Origin: Candidatus Bathyarchaeota archaeon
GTDB lineage: Archaea; Thermoproteota; Bathyarchaeia; Bathyarchaeales; Bathycorpusculaceae
Reading direction: 5' to 3'
Length of the DNA: 64,000 nt
NCBI GenBank assembly: GCA_963715865.1
Contig: OY970280.1
Span: 640,001 to 704,000, forward strand
The notes beneath the pieces are model-generated. The model did no database searches, was not told the origin of the DNA, and saw only the letters and a list, made by a program, of their open reading frames with translations. The position numbers were made by a program, and so were the translations under genes. Of the stretch, positions 29,200 through 38,557 are shown piece after piece (positions within the stretch are counted from its first letter, which is position 1; each line of letters opens with the position of its first letter).

Positions 29200-31473
29200 A
29201 TGGGTATGCGTAAAAGATTTAGGGATTTTAGAGATTGGTGTCCCCAGCCGCCAGATCGTCTGCCTACAAAACTGAAACATTATTCTGCTCCAATTGCCGT
29301 TGTTCTCTCTGTCACGCTTTTCTTGGTTTCATTCTCTGTGTTTTTCTCAAGCTACGTTTTCCATCCTTCTATGCCACAAGTACCCCTGCCAATAGTTAAC
29401 GTAATATCTTCATCGACTGAGCCTCCAGCGTTGAACTGGGTCTCGACGTTTGGAACGGGTCTTAGCGATTCAGCTTCAAAAGTGATTCAAACCAGCGACG
29501 GCGGATACGCAGTGATAGGTACATTAGGAAACGGCTATGCACCGAGCACCGCGATGCTTGTCAAGACCGATTCCTCTGGAAAAATGCTTTGGAACCAAAC
29601 CTACGATTACTTATACAGTGGCATTGCTGTGGTGCAAACAAGCGATGGAGGATACACTATAGCGGGTAATGGCAACGATGGCGGCTTCATGCTTGTCAAA
29701 ACTGATTCAAAGGGCAATGCAATATGGAACCAAACTTACACGGTTTCTTACCAAGGAAACAAAGGTGGAGACGCCTTAACTATGACTCAGACTAGCGATG
29801 GCGGCTACGTTATAGCTGGCGCTTGCACGCCATATCTTTTAGGTGAAGGGTCAAATAACGCGTTTGTTCTCAAGACGGATTCGTCGGGGAAGATGCAGTG
29901 GAGCAAGACCTATGGAGGGTCAGGAATCGACTTTTTCCGTTCAGTGGTTCAAGTCAGTAATGGAGACTATGTTTTGGCAGGTTGCACAACCTCATTTGGG
30001 GCAGGAGGTTTTGATGCTTGGCTAGTAGAACTTAACTCATCTGGTAATCAACTCTGGAGCAAAACGTATGGAGCAGGACCCACGTCCAATCCAACACAAC
30101 CACAAACGGGAACAGTGGGCGATGATGAGGCAAACTCGGTAGTGAAAACGAGCGATGGATTCGCTTTAGCGGGATATACCTATTCCTTTGGTTTAGTCGG
30201 CGCTAAAAACGCTTGGCTTATAAAAACCGACGCTTCAGGCATCATGCAATGGAACAAAACATACGGTGGGCAAGAGCAATCTGCGGCAAATTCACTTATT
30301 AAAACAAGTGATGATGGATTGGCGTTTGCTGGTTCAACGTTAGTTAATACAAACTGGGGTCTTATTGATGATATGTGGCTTGTTAAAACTGATTCATTTG
30401 GAAATAAGCAGTGGAACCAAACCTTTGGCGGAATGACGGCTACTCCAGACACTGACATTGCGAATTCGCTTATCCAGACAAGCGATGGCAGCTTCGTTCT
30501 TGCAGGGTCAACAAACCCAGGAAGCACAAGCCATGGCGGATACTACTATGTAGTGAAAACAATGTCAGTTGAACCAAGTCCGCTTCCCACACCACAGACA
30601 GCTGGCAATGCAGTAATCAATACTGACGGTTCAGTAACGGGCACCAATGTTATTGAGCAAATCGGTAGTACCTACGTTTTAACCGCTAACATTCCCAACG
30701 GTATCGATGTCCAGAAAAGCAACATCATAATAGACGGAGCAGGCTACACGCTTGACGGAAACGGCACTGGAGGAATAGACTTAACAAACGGGGTAGGACA
30801 AGACCCAACAAGGTCAACAATTAGCAACGTAACAATCGAGAACTTGCATATTCTAAATTGTGGCAACGGAATAACTACTAATGGCGGTGGCAACGATACT
30901 TTCTACGACGATTACATATCAAATTGTACTTGGGACGCATGTATCATGCTAATAGGCGACTGTGATTACAATAACATTACGTTTTGCACCCTTAACGGTT
31001 CAAATGGCACAGAAGCAATAGGAATGGTTTATGGAGCGAATTATAATGGTACAATAACAGAAAATAACATCATGGGTGGCGTTATGCTATGGTTAAGTGT
31101 GGGCGGAAACGTTGACAGAAACTATTGGAGCGACTACTTAACAAGGTATCCAAACGCTACAGAGGTCGGTTCTTCAGGAATAGGAAACACACCATATGTA
31201 TATGCAACAGGTTATCAAGATAGTCATCCGCTAATGAAACCCGTCGCAATTCCGTTAAAAGGCTCAAGCCCTGAGTCTATACCTACGTCGTCTTCTTCAT
31301 CTGCGTCGTTTAACACTTTGTTCATTATAATTGGGGTGGTAGTTGCATTTGTTATTGTTGCCGCAGTGGTTTTCTTAATGTTTCAAAAGAGACTGAAAAC
31401 TAAAACGAAAAATCCACCAACTACACCGCAGAACTCTACCTCAGTTTCCTCTGTTCAAATATTCCAAAGATAG
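29200..31473 (+). CDS. Membrane-anchored surface protein: N-terminal WCPQP peptide, TM, ~7-blade beta-propeller, right-handed beta-helix, C-terminal TM
   Basis: Seven TSDGGY..AG...LVKTDS.G...WNQTYG repeats, Asn-rich NVTIENL/NITFC/TITENNI coils with a NYWSDY motif, and a C-terminal TM followed by KRLK. Confidence 0.85.
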   Translation: MGMRKRFRDFRDWCPQPPDRLPTKLKHYSAPIAVVLSVTLFLVSFSVFFSSYVFHPSMPQVPLPIVNVISSSTEPPALNWVSTFGTGLSDSASKVIQTSDGGYAVIGTLGNGYAPSTAMLVKTDSSGKMLWNQTYDYLYSGIAVVQTSDGGYTIAGNGNDGGFMLVKTDSKGNAIWNQTYTVSYQGNKGGDALTMTQTSDGGYVIAGACTPYLLGEGSNNAFVLKTDSSGKMQWSKTYGGSGIDFFRSVVQVSNGDYVLAGCTTSFGAGGFDAWLVELNSSGNQLWSKTYGAGPTSNPTQPQTGTVGDDEANSVVKTSDGFALAGYTYSFGLVGAKNAWLIKTDASGIMQWNKTYGGQEQSAANSLIKTSDDGLAFAGSTLVNTNWGLIDDMWLVKTDSFGNKQWNQTFGGMTATPDTDIANSLIQTSDGSFVLAGSTNPGSTSHGGYYYVVKTMSVEPSPLPTPQTAGNAVINTDGSVTGTNVIEQIGSTYVLTANIPNGIDVQKSNIIIDGAGYTLDGNGTGGIDLTNGVGQDPTRSTISNVTIENLHILNCGNGITTNGGGNDTFYDDYISNCTWDACIMLIGDCDYNNITFCTLNGSNGTEAIGMVYGANYNGTITENNIMGGVMLWLSVGGNVDRNYWSDYLTRYPNATEVGSSGIGNTPYVYATGYQDSHPLMKPVAIPLKGSSPESIPTSSSSSASFNTLFIIIGVVVAFVIVAAVVFLMFQKRLKTKTKNPPTTPQNSTSVSSVQIFQR

Positions 31474-31600
31474 TTTTTGCACTTAGGAATCAAGATTGTA
31501 GCAGCTGGTACTGGAGCAACCTCGAAAGCGCGGTTGAACGTATGATAAAAAACAATAAAAAGAAAAAACGCAACTTAAACGATGATACAAATCAGTCAAC

Positions 31601-32015
31601 AAGCATCTTGCAGACAAGGATTTTGAAAGATTGAAATGGAGAATCGGCTGGGCGCTTTCGGAACTGGATGAGCTTAGCAGGAAGCTGCTTGAGGACGGCT
31701 TGGATACGGTTGCCCGCTTTATCAGGAACTCAGCTAACTACATGGTTACGTTTGCGAAGCTAGCTGTGAAAGAGGTTTGCATTCCCATCACGAATAATCT
31801 CGTTGAGCGTTTGATGGGTGAGATAGCTAAGCGCATTAAGCATAAGTGGATGCATTGGAGCACGAGGGGGCTGGAGAATCTGCTGAACATTCTTTTGGCG
31901 AGATACTGCAGTAGACGCGTCTACGATGAAATGAAAGAAAGATACTTAAGCCCAAACACCACACAAATCCAAATAGCGATAACGTAGGAAAGCTAGCCGA
32001 TTAGGAGACACAACC
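31601..32015 (+). mobile_element. ISH6-like transposase C-terminal fragment with possible right end
   Basis: ITNNLVERLMGEIAKRIK...WSTRGLENLL. The 5' portion is absent. TTAGGAGACACAACC after the stop may be the terminal repeat. Confidence 0.7.
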
Positions 32016-32077
32016 AAAAAAAGTTAAATCAGCATTGAAATAAAGAGTATAAATGAGGAAATAGAGGAAACTGTTAA

Positions 32078-32584
32078 GTGCAGAAAAGAAGAATCATATT
32101 GGTTTCTTTGGTGGTGGCAATCGTTGTCATAGCCACCGTCAGCTATGAATTCTTTGTAGCTAATTCGCTCTCAGGTTATACCAAAATCACCTTATCCCCT
32201 TGGTGTTACCCGCCGTGCACTGTAAAATTTGGCAATACTTCTTACTATATAGTCTTCTTTTATATTGGAAAGTCGATGGAGGAGTATCCCTCAATAAATA
32301 CCCCTCCTAATCCTTTTTTTCAAGTCACAACGGAACAGACGCTCATTATTAACTCAAACGAAAGTTTCGGAGCAATTCAAGGAGCTAGATACAGTTTTGA
32401 GGGGCTTCAAATTGTGGTAGGCAGCGTAAATGTAAATTCTAACCAATTAATCCTGTACGTCAAGTCTACCATCTCAAGCTCTGAGCCAATAATTTCTCTT
32501 ACGGCTACACCAGCTATTTCGCCTACGCCTTACCAATCATCGCCTGTTCTTGTACCTACGACGCCGCCCTACATAGTTAAGTAA
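32078..32584 (+). CDS. Exported/membrane-anchored hypothetical protein
   Basis: KRR plus a hydrophobic N-terminus and a Pro/Thr-rich tail. Confidence 0.65.
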   Translation: MQKRRIILVSLVVAIVVIATVSYEFFVANSLSGYTKITLSPWCYPPCTVKFGNTSYYIVFFYIGKSMEEYPSINTPPNPFFQVTTEQTLIINSNESFGAIQGARYSFEGLQIVVGSVNVNSNQLILYVKSTISSSEPIISLTATPAISPTPYQSSPVLVPTTPPYIVK

Positions 32585-32609
32585 TGACCCTACGTTATCC
32601 TATTCTCGG

Positions 32610-32909
32610 TTGCCATTCTTTCTTTTCGCCTTTGCCTACGCCCTAATAACTCCTATATTGGGCGTCGTGAAAGCTGATATTGGCATTAGAAACGGCGTAA
32701 TCGTTGGAATTGGAAAATCTGGAAACCCAAGCATAATGGACAATGTAACTGAAAACATGGTTGTTAGCAACTCTACAGAAGTAACGGCTGGAGAAGGATT
32801 AATCGCCACTGCTGGTTTCTTCGACACTCATGTACACTTGCCAAAAGAACAGAGAAGAGAAATTGCAATCTCTGTTCTCGTCATATCAAGTCATCGCTGT
32901 GTTTATTGA
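32610..32909 (+). pseudogene. ureC: Internal fragment of urease alpha subunit
   Basis: [29 protein letters not shown]...[22 protein letters not shown] matches the UreC N-terminal region including the first Ni-binding HxH. Confidence 0.85.
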
Positions 32910-32927
32910 CTAACAACTTAATGAATT

Positions 32928-33029
32928 ATCCCACGACACTTAACATGGAGAAAAACACCGAGCAAAACATCCCACTAAACTTAACGGAAAAACCCATCCC
33001 TTAAGAACTTAACAGAACCTTAATTCACA
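32928..33029 (-). repeat. Right 102-bp end (inverted copy) with three repeats
   Basis: Copies at 32928-32945, 32969-32986 and 32996-33014. The reverse complement begins TGTGAATTAAGGTTCTGTTAAGTT. Confidence 0.9.
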
Positions 33030-33038
33030 AACCCTATA

Positions 33039-33078
33039 TACTACTAATTCTAACTTTGTACTACTAATTCTAAGTTTG
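33039..33078 (+). promoter_or_regulatory. Tandem 20-bp direct repeat overlapping a TATA-like box
   Basis: TACTACTAATTCTAACTTTG / TACTACTAATTCTAAGTTTG, lying between TATATA (33035-33040) and the ATG at 33093. Confidence 0.65.
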
Positions 33079-33092
33079 CTGAGCGATTCGCT

Positions 33093-33398
33093 ATGAGACG
33101 ATCTAAGCTCGAAATGTATGTAGATATCCTGAAGGTCTTGGCTCACAGGGGTCCGTTGAAGCTGACGCACGTCATGTACAAGGCTAACGTCAACTGCAGC
33201 GTGCTGAAAGAGTACCTTGACTTCTTAGCTAAGCAGGGGCTGGTTGAAGAGAAAATCATTGGAAAAGAAAGAATAGTCTACATGATCACGCAACGCGGCG
33301 TGACAGTGCTCAAGCAGTTCAGAGAACTCAAAGAAGTGCTTCCCATAGTTGAAGAAACAGGAAACGAAGCAAGAAACCAAGGACCCTATTTGTTCTAA
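33093..33398 (+). CDS. Winged-HTH transcriptional regulator (HTH_45-like)
   Basis: MRRSKLEMYVDIL...THVMYKANVN...TQRG. Close paralogue of 43109-43402. Confidence 0.9.
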   Translation: MRRSKLEMYVDILKVLAHRGPLKLTHVMYKANVNCSVLKEYLDFLAKQGLVEEKIIGKERIVYMITQRGVTVLKQFRELKEVLPIVEETGNEARNQGPYLF

Positions 33399-33832
33399 AG
33401 CGCAAATTCTTTAGCGCGCCGCGCACCCACATCTAGTTTCTTTTCAAGTTTGTTTATGCGTTCCTCGATTATTCTGGTGAGGTTGTCTTCTCCAACTTTG
33501 CGGATAAACCTGCTGAGAACGCTTCTGGGATATCCTGCTTCACCAGGTTTGATGAGGCACAGTCTTCTAAGCCGCAGATCAGCATCAAGCAGCCGGGTCA
33601 TTTCTCTTAGGCTACGGACAGCTTTCATGCGCATGACGATGAAGGTTCTGAACAGCCCTATCGGGTTTCTTGGAGGCCTACCCCAGTTCAGAAGCGTGAA
33701 AGCAACCTTTCAGTACGTGTTTAGCAAAGCTTAAGTCGATGTTTCTGAAGAGGGTTTCAAGGGTCTCATGTTCATCTTGTCCCGCTGGGATTCACCTCCT
33801 AAGCTTGGACGCAACTCATTTGATACGAGGCC
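33395..33832 (-). mobile_element. IS5/IS1182-like transposase N-terminal remnant (frameshifted, truncated) with probable left end
   Basis: GRPPRNPIGLFRTF...SLREMTRLL...PRSVLSRF, with a frameshift upstream of GRPP. SD AGGAGGTG; candidate end GGCCTCGTATCAAA at 33832. Confidence 0.7.
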
Positions 33833-34113
33833 GGATTGTGGATTTGAACCCGTTTGGGTCTGCGTCTCGGCGACCGCACCAAAATTACTCACACTAAGTT
33901 TGTAATACATTGTTAATTAAATAATATCAATCGTGTTAAGACGCTTTTTTGTAGAATAGCCGTTACGCAACTGCACGAATTTTGCAGGTTTATATTAATT
34001 ATGTGAAGTATCTACATTAATTTGTTTCAAAAGCAATTCTGGCATGGGCACTCTGTTAAAAATGATGTATGCTCTAAAGCTTCTGCCTGCACTTTTTTAC
34101 TTAAGTTTGAGAG

Positions 34114-34137
34114 TAATTCTATTAAGCTTAAGAATTA
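34114..34137. promoter_or_regulatory. Near-perfect palindrome upstream of a small gene
   Basis: TAATTCTATTAAGCTTAAGAATTA. Confidence 0.4.
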
Positions 34138-34164
34138 TTAAATAGAAATTTGCGTGGTTGCGTC

Positions 34165-34428
34165 ATGCAAAGGCGCGAAGCAGTCCGACTTTTCAGAGAG
34201 ATAAGTGAGTGCATACCAGGCGCGTTTATAAGCGGCGTGTCGCTAACGCAAAGCAACCGTTTCAAAAAAGAATTTGAACTTCATATAAACGTGTCTCTTG
34301 ATGACAAAAGTCTCAAGAATGTACAGTCCCTCGTGAATAAACATGGAATGATTTTGAAAGAAGACAAAGGTTCTTTATTGATTTATGCATCTGAAACAAA
34401 ACCAATTGAAATGGAAATCATCGCATAA
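34165..34428 (+). CDS. Hypothetical protein
   Basis: MQRREAVRLFREI..., with an ATG in frame with the track ORF. Confidence 0.6.
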   Translation: MQRREAVRLFREISECIPGAFISGVSLTQSNRFKKEFELHINVSLDDKSLKNVQSLVNKHGMILKEDKGSLLIYASETKPIEMEIIA

Positions 34429-34603
34429 GATTAAATTCCGAAGAAAGTTGTCTTCTCCGTGAGCGAATAGCTGGGATACACCCGAAAAAGCAGTGAAACT
34501 TTTGCTTAAATAACCCATTAAATTCCAGATGTTAGAATGATGAACATGCTTTTAAGCAAGGTAAACAATTCTTTTTTTTCAAGTCGAAACGAGGGTTTAC
34601 TGT

Positions 34604-34909
34604 TTGGGAAAGAAAAAAGTGTTAAGCGAAGGCGCAATCGGCGAGTTAGTTTATCCTAGAGAAGGCGAAGTCTTAGGCGTAGTTGTGAAACTGCTTGGTT
34701 TTGACCGCATCTTAGTCAAGTGCCAGGATGGCGCTGAACGTTTATGCCGAATCCGAGGCAAAATGAAAAGGCGCGTTTGGATTCGTGAAAGCGACATCGT
34801 TATTGTTTCACCGTGGGAGTTCCAAAGTGACAAGCGCGGCGACGTGGTTTGGCGTTACACACATTCGCAAGCTGATACGCTTAGACGCAAAGGCATTTTG
34901 ACACTTTAA
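34604..34909 (+). CDS. eif1A: Translation initiation factor aIF-1A
   Basis: GVVVKLLG...CQDG..RLCRIRGKMKRRVWIRESDIVIVSPW. Confidence 0.97.
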   Translation: MGKKKVLSEGAIGELVYPREGEVLGVVVKLLGFDRILVKCQDGAERLCRIRGKMKRRVWIRESDIVIVSPWEFQSDKRGDVVWRYTHSQADTLRRKGILTL

Positions 34910-35057
34910 TTTTCAAATTTTAACCATTCTTCTTCATTAGCCCGTCAATAGCGACGCACCTTATTGGTTTTGCAAAATTTTTTAGTCAAGCATAACATTG
35001 GGCTCTCTTGTTCGAGTGGTTTTAAATACCCTGAAACGATTAGCATGGTTGAATATT

Positions 35058-35840
35058 ATGTCTAGAAAAGCTCAAGAACGCCTTGCTCATAACGAAAGAA
35101 GAGTGGAACGACGAGACAAAATGCTAATACATGACATGTCAAAGGAACGCGCTACAGTGGAAGAGGTTTTTGACCAGAAGACACGCATGATTGTTTTTGA
35201 CTTGTTGAATAGCGGTGTGCTCTATGAGGTCAATGGCGTTGTAAGTTCTGGCAAGGAAGCGCGAGTTTACTGGGGCAAAAACAAGGAAGGCACTGACTTG
35301 GCAGTGAAAATTTACTTAACCTCATCCGCCGAGTTCAAGAAGGGCATGCTCAAATACATCGAAGGCGACCCACGCTTCAAAGCAGTTAAACGTGACACAC
35401 GAGCGCTGATTGCCGTTTGGGCACAGAAGGAGTTCCGCAATTTAAAGGAAGCTTCGGAGGCTAATGTGCGTGTGCCAAAACCCATCGCCGTCAAAAGTAA
35501 CGTTGTAGTTATGGAGTTCATTGGGAAGGATGGCGTTAGTGCCCCTTCGCTGAAGGAGCAGCCACCAACTGATCCAGAGCGAATCTACCGCATACTGGTT
35601 ACTTATTTGAAGCGGCTCTACCAAAAAGCAAAACTTGTCCACGGCGACTTAAGCGAATACAACATTATGCTATGGAAGGGCAGACCAGTGATTTTTGATG
35701 TATCCCAATCCGTTTCCATTGTGCATCCTATGGCTGATTTCATGTTGCGAAGGGATTTGACGAACTTGAATAGGTTCTTTAGTCGGTTAAATGTTAAGGT
35801 TTATCCCGTTGAAAAACTGTATAAAATGGTTGTTGGTTAA
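35058..35840 (+). CDS. rio1: RIO1-family Ser/Thr kinase
   Basis: SSGKEARVY, AVKIY, WAQKEFRNL, VHGDLSEYNI and IFDVSQSV motifs. Confidence 0.96.
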   Translation: MSRKAQERLAHNERRVERRDKMLIHDMSKERATVEEVFDQKTRMIVFDLLNSGVLYEVNGVVSSGKEARVYWGKNKEGTDLAVKIYLTSSAEFKKGMLKYIEGDPRFKAVKRDTRALIAVWAQKEFRNLKEASEANVRVPKPIAVKSNVVVMEFIGKDGVSAPSLKEQPPTDPERIYRILVTYLKRLYQKAKLVHGDLSEYNIMLWKGRPVIFDVSQSVSIVHPMADFMLRRDLTNLNRFFSRLNVKVYPVEKLYKMVVG

Positions 35841-35842
35841 AA

Positions 35843-36421
35843 ATGGCTGGTCCAGACACATTTGTTAGGATTCCGAAAGAACGCGTTGGCATTTTAATAG
35901 GTCCCGAAGGCAGAGTGAAGCAGCATATTGAAGAGAAGCTTCAGGTTAAGCTTGAAGTTGACAGCGAAGGAAGCGTTACTATTGTGCTTTCAGAAAAAGC
36001 GTCTGATCCATCCTTACTGTTAAAAGCTAAAGATGTGGTTACAGCTATTGGCAGAGGATTCTCGCCTGAAGTTGCCTTCCGCCTGATACGCAATGAGGAT
36101 GACATTTTTGACCTGATAGATTTACGCTTGATATTTGGGCGTTCGGAATCCGATATTAAGCGCATTAAAGGCAGAATAATCGGCGCCGACGGCAAAACAA
36201 GAAGGCTAATTGAAGAGTTAACTGAGGCTGACGTGGTTGTTTATGGTCACACGGTTGGGCTTATCGGCAGTTTTGAGCAAGTGGATGCTGCACACAACGC
36301 GGCGCAAATGATAATTGAAGGCTGCCAGCACCACACAGTGTACAATTATTTGCAGAAGAAGAGGACGGAGCTTAAGAAGCAGAAGCTTGAGCTATGGGAA
36401 AAGCCGCCAGAAAAAGGATAG
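35843..36421 (+). CDS. KH-domain rRNA-processing protein (Dim2/Pno1/Krr1-like)
   Basis: RVGILIGPEG, AIGRGFSPE, GRIIGADGKTR; occupies the conserved position after aIF-1A and RIO1. Confidence 0.95.
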   Translation: MAGPDTFVRIPKERVGILIGPEGRVKQHIEEKLQVKLEVDSEGSVTIVLSEKASDPSLLLKAKDVVTAIGRGFSPEVAFRLIRNEDDIFDLIDLRLIFGRSESDIKRIKGRIIGADGKTRRLIEELTEADVVVYGHTVGLIGSFEQVDAAHNAAQMIIEGCQHHTVYNYLQKKRTELKKQKLELWEKPPEKG

Positions 36422-36585
36422 CAGATATATTTTTAGGTGGGCTCTTAGGCGTGCACTTGAAAATCAAATGCAAGCAACGCACTCAAGATCCACATCATCC
36501 TTAACGTCTACGGGGCCAGAGTCGTCATCGCCCACCCAACAAAAAAACAGCCCAGTCAAACATTAAAACGTTAAGGTTAAAGTTC

Positions 36586-37209
36586 TCAATGGAGCCCGAT
36601 CATTGCGCCATACTTTGAATATACTTCCGCTACTAATTCGCCAGCCTTGGGATTATTCCAGTCATGCATCCACTCGGAAACCAAAGCCTCAAGAGTAAGC
36701 GGGACCACTCCCACCTGCAACATCCTTTTAACCCCATACTTATGCGCATCTATAGTGGAGTCTCCTGCAGCATCAATTAATCCATAAACTTCGTACTCTT
36801 CCCTGATGGCATGGATGGCGCTGTACGCAAAGCACATGCTTGTCCAAAGCCCTGAAATAACCATCTTATTTTTCCCTGTCCGCTTGAATGCTTCCCAAGT
36901 TTTCTCGTCTTCAAAAGCGTCAAAGCTTGGTACTTTCCTTGCATAAACCTCTTGGTTTGGGAAAATCTGAGTAATTTCTGGGATAAATTCGCCGTTAAGT
37001 TTAGGATTAATCGATGACAAAACAACAGGAACCCCCAGTATTTTAGCGGCTTTGGCAGCGCAAACCGCGGCGCTCTTAATTATAGTTTTATCTCCAGAAC
37101 TAATACTCCTAAACATTGAAGGCTGATAATCAACCAAAACCAGAGCACTGTTTTTGTCTGTTAAAAATTCTAATTTTCCATTTTTTGACAACATTTGAAA
37201 AATCACCAT
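36586..37209 (-). CDS. Isochorismatase-family (YcaC-like) hydrolase
   Basis: LVLVDYQ...ISGLWTSMC...DAAG motifs. Confidence 0.9.
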   Translation of the reverse strand: MVIFQMLSKNGKLEFLTDKNSALVLVDYQPSMFRSISSGDKTIIKSAAVCAAKAAKILGVPVVLSSINPKLNGEFIPEITQIFPNQEVYARKVPSFDAFEDEKTWEAFKRTGKNKMVISGLWTSMCFAYSAIHAIREEYEVYGLIDAAGDSTIDAHKYGVKRMLQVGVVPLTLEALVSEWMHDWNNPKAGELVAEVYSKYGAMIGLH

Positions 37210-37260
37210 TTATGGTAAATTAAAATTAAAAATATAAAACTTTCTGCCAACCGCTAAACT

Positions 37261-37833
37261 TTAAAGTTTAACGCTAATTTCCAGCCCGTCGCCGCCCACT
37301 TGCACGTATCTGCTTTGATACTTTCCAGAGTTCCTAACGTAATCCAAATAATCCCGCATTTGATCGGCGAAGATTCCAGTGTTATCCGCAACGATAATGG
37401 CGCCCTTATGCAGTTTGTCTTCCGCTAGGCGCAGGTACTGGAAGTACTCGCTTTTCTCAGCGTCAATGAAAGCGAAGTCAAAAGAGCCATTCAAAGTAGG
37501 GATTACTTCTATGGCATCACCAGTGATAATTTTAATTTTGGGCGGTATGTTTGCCTTAAGAATGTTGTCTCCTGCAATTTCTGCCTCGTCTCGGTGAATT
37601 TCTATCGTTACTATCTCAGCGCTTTCATCGAGCGCCTTGCCCATGAGAATTGCTGAGTAACCAATTAAAGTGCCAACCTCCAAAACATGCCGTGACTTAG
37701 CCTTCCGAACTTCCTCAGCCAAAATTTTCCCCTTATGTGGTCCAACGATTGGGAGAAATTCCTTTTCTGCTACCTTCTCAATTTGCCTTAAAACTTGGTC
37801 GGCGCTACTTGAGACGAGCTTTTCGGTAATCAT
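37261..37833 (-). CDS. O-methyltransferase (family 3)
   Basis: VLEVGTLIGYSAI, FDFAFIDAEK and IVADN motifs. Confidence 0.92.
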   Translation of the reverse strand: MITEKLVSSSADQVLRQIEKVAEKEFLPIVGPHKGKILAEEVRKAKSRHVLEVGTLIGYSAILMGKALDESAEIVTIEIHRDEAEIAGDNILKANIPPKIKIITGDAIEVIPTLNGSFDFAFIDAEKSEYFQYLRLAEDKLHKGAIIVADNTGIFADQMRDYLDYVRNSGKYQSRYVQVGGDGLEISVKL

Positions 37834-38396
37834 AGGGGCACCTTGATTTTATCCAAAAAACGTTGCTGTAACTTGGCAATTTTCGGGGCAATGACGGCTT
37901 GGCAGTATTGTTCTTTCGGGTGTTTCTTGTAGTAGTCTTTATGGTAGGTTTCAGCTTTATAAAACACTTTCAGGGGCTCAAGCGTTGTAACGATTGGTTT
38001 ATTCCAAATGCCTTCTTTGTTGAGTTCATCAATCAGTTTTTCAGCCGTGGCTTTTTGCTCTTGGTTATGGTAGAAAATTGCTGATCTGTACTGCGTTCCG
38101 ATGTCTTCTCCTTGGTGATTCAGCGATGTTGGGTCGTGCATGGTGAAGAATATTTCCAAGATTTCTTTGTAACTGATTATTTTTGGGTCGAAAAATATCT
38201 GTGCAGCTTCAGCATGCCCAGTCGTGCCCGTAGAAACCTGCTCGTATGATGGATTGGGTACTGTGCCGCCTGTGTAGCCAGGCTCAATTTTTTCTACGCC
38301 TTTTATTATGCTGAAGGCGGCTTCGGTGCACCAGAAGCAGCCACCGGCAAGCGTTGCAGCTTCCAAATTCTTGTTATCGATATGCTCTTGACTCAT
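37830..38396 (-). CDS. msrA: Peptide-methionine (S)-S-oxide reductase
   Basis: GGCFWC, GYTGG, GTTGHAE, GTQYRSAIFY and AETYHKDYY motifs. Confidence 0.97.
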   Translation of the reverse strand: MSQEHIDNKNLEAATLAGGCFWCTEAAFSIIKGVEKIEPGYTGGTVPNPSYEQVSTGTTGHAEAAQIFFDPKIISYKEILEIFFTMHDPTSLNHQGEDIGTQYRSAIFYHNQEQKATAEKLIDELNKEGIWNKPIVTTLEPLKVFYKAETYHKDYYKKHPKEQYCQAVIAPKIAKLQQRFLDKIKVPL

Positions 38397-38557
38397 ACTT
38401 CATCTTCCTTGAAATTAGGTTAATGCCTCTTGTAATGCTGAGTAGCTTTGAACTTAATTGTTTGTGGCTGTCATGATACAGCAACTAATAAGCGGTCTTA
38501 AACAGCGGAATCCATTTTACTATCTATGACCTTAGGCTTTTAGCAAGATTTCTTTGC

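Larger units (their letters stand above)
28070..33029. mobile_element. Putative non-autonomous element bounded by 102-bp inverted ends
   Basis: The two ends match at 21 of the first 24 bp and share repeat spacing (28 and 41 bp). Termini read CGT.../...ACA. No target-site duplication (TSD) or intact cognate transposase is visible. Confidence 0.5.

Noticed and set aside
28070-33029. Repeat arrays as chromosomal origin ORB elements
   Set aside because: No resemblance to the TTCCA-N-TGGA/G-string ORB consensus, and no cdc6/orc1 gene nearby.
33833-33880. tRNA-like GGGTTCAAATCC on the minus strand
   Set aside because: The T-loop motif is present but the stem and acceptor pairing are broken. It cannot be distinguished from chance next to an IS end.
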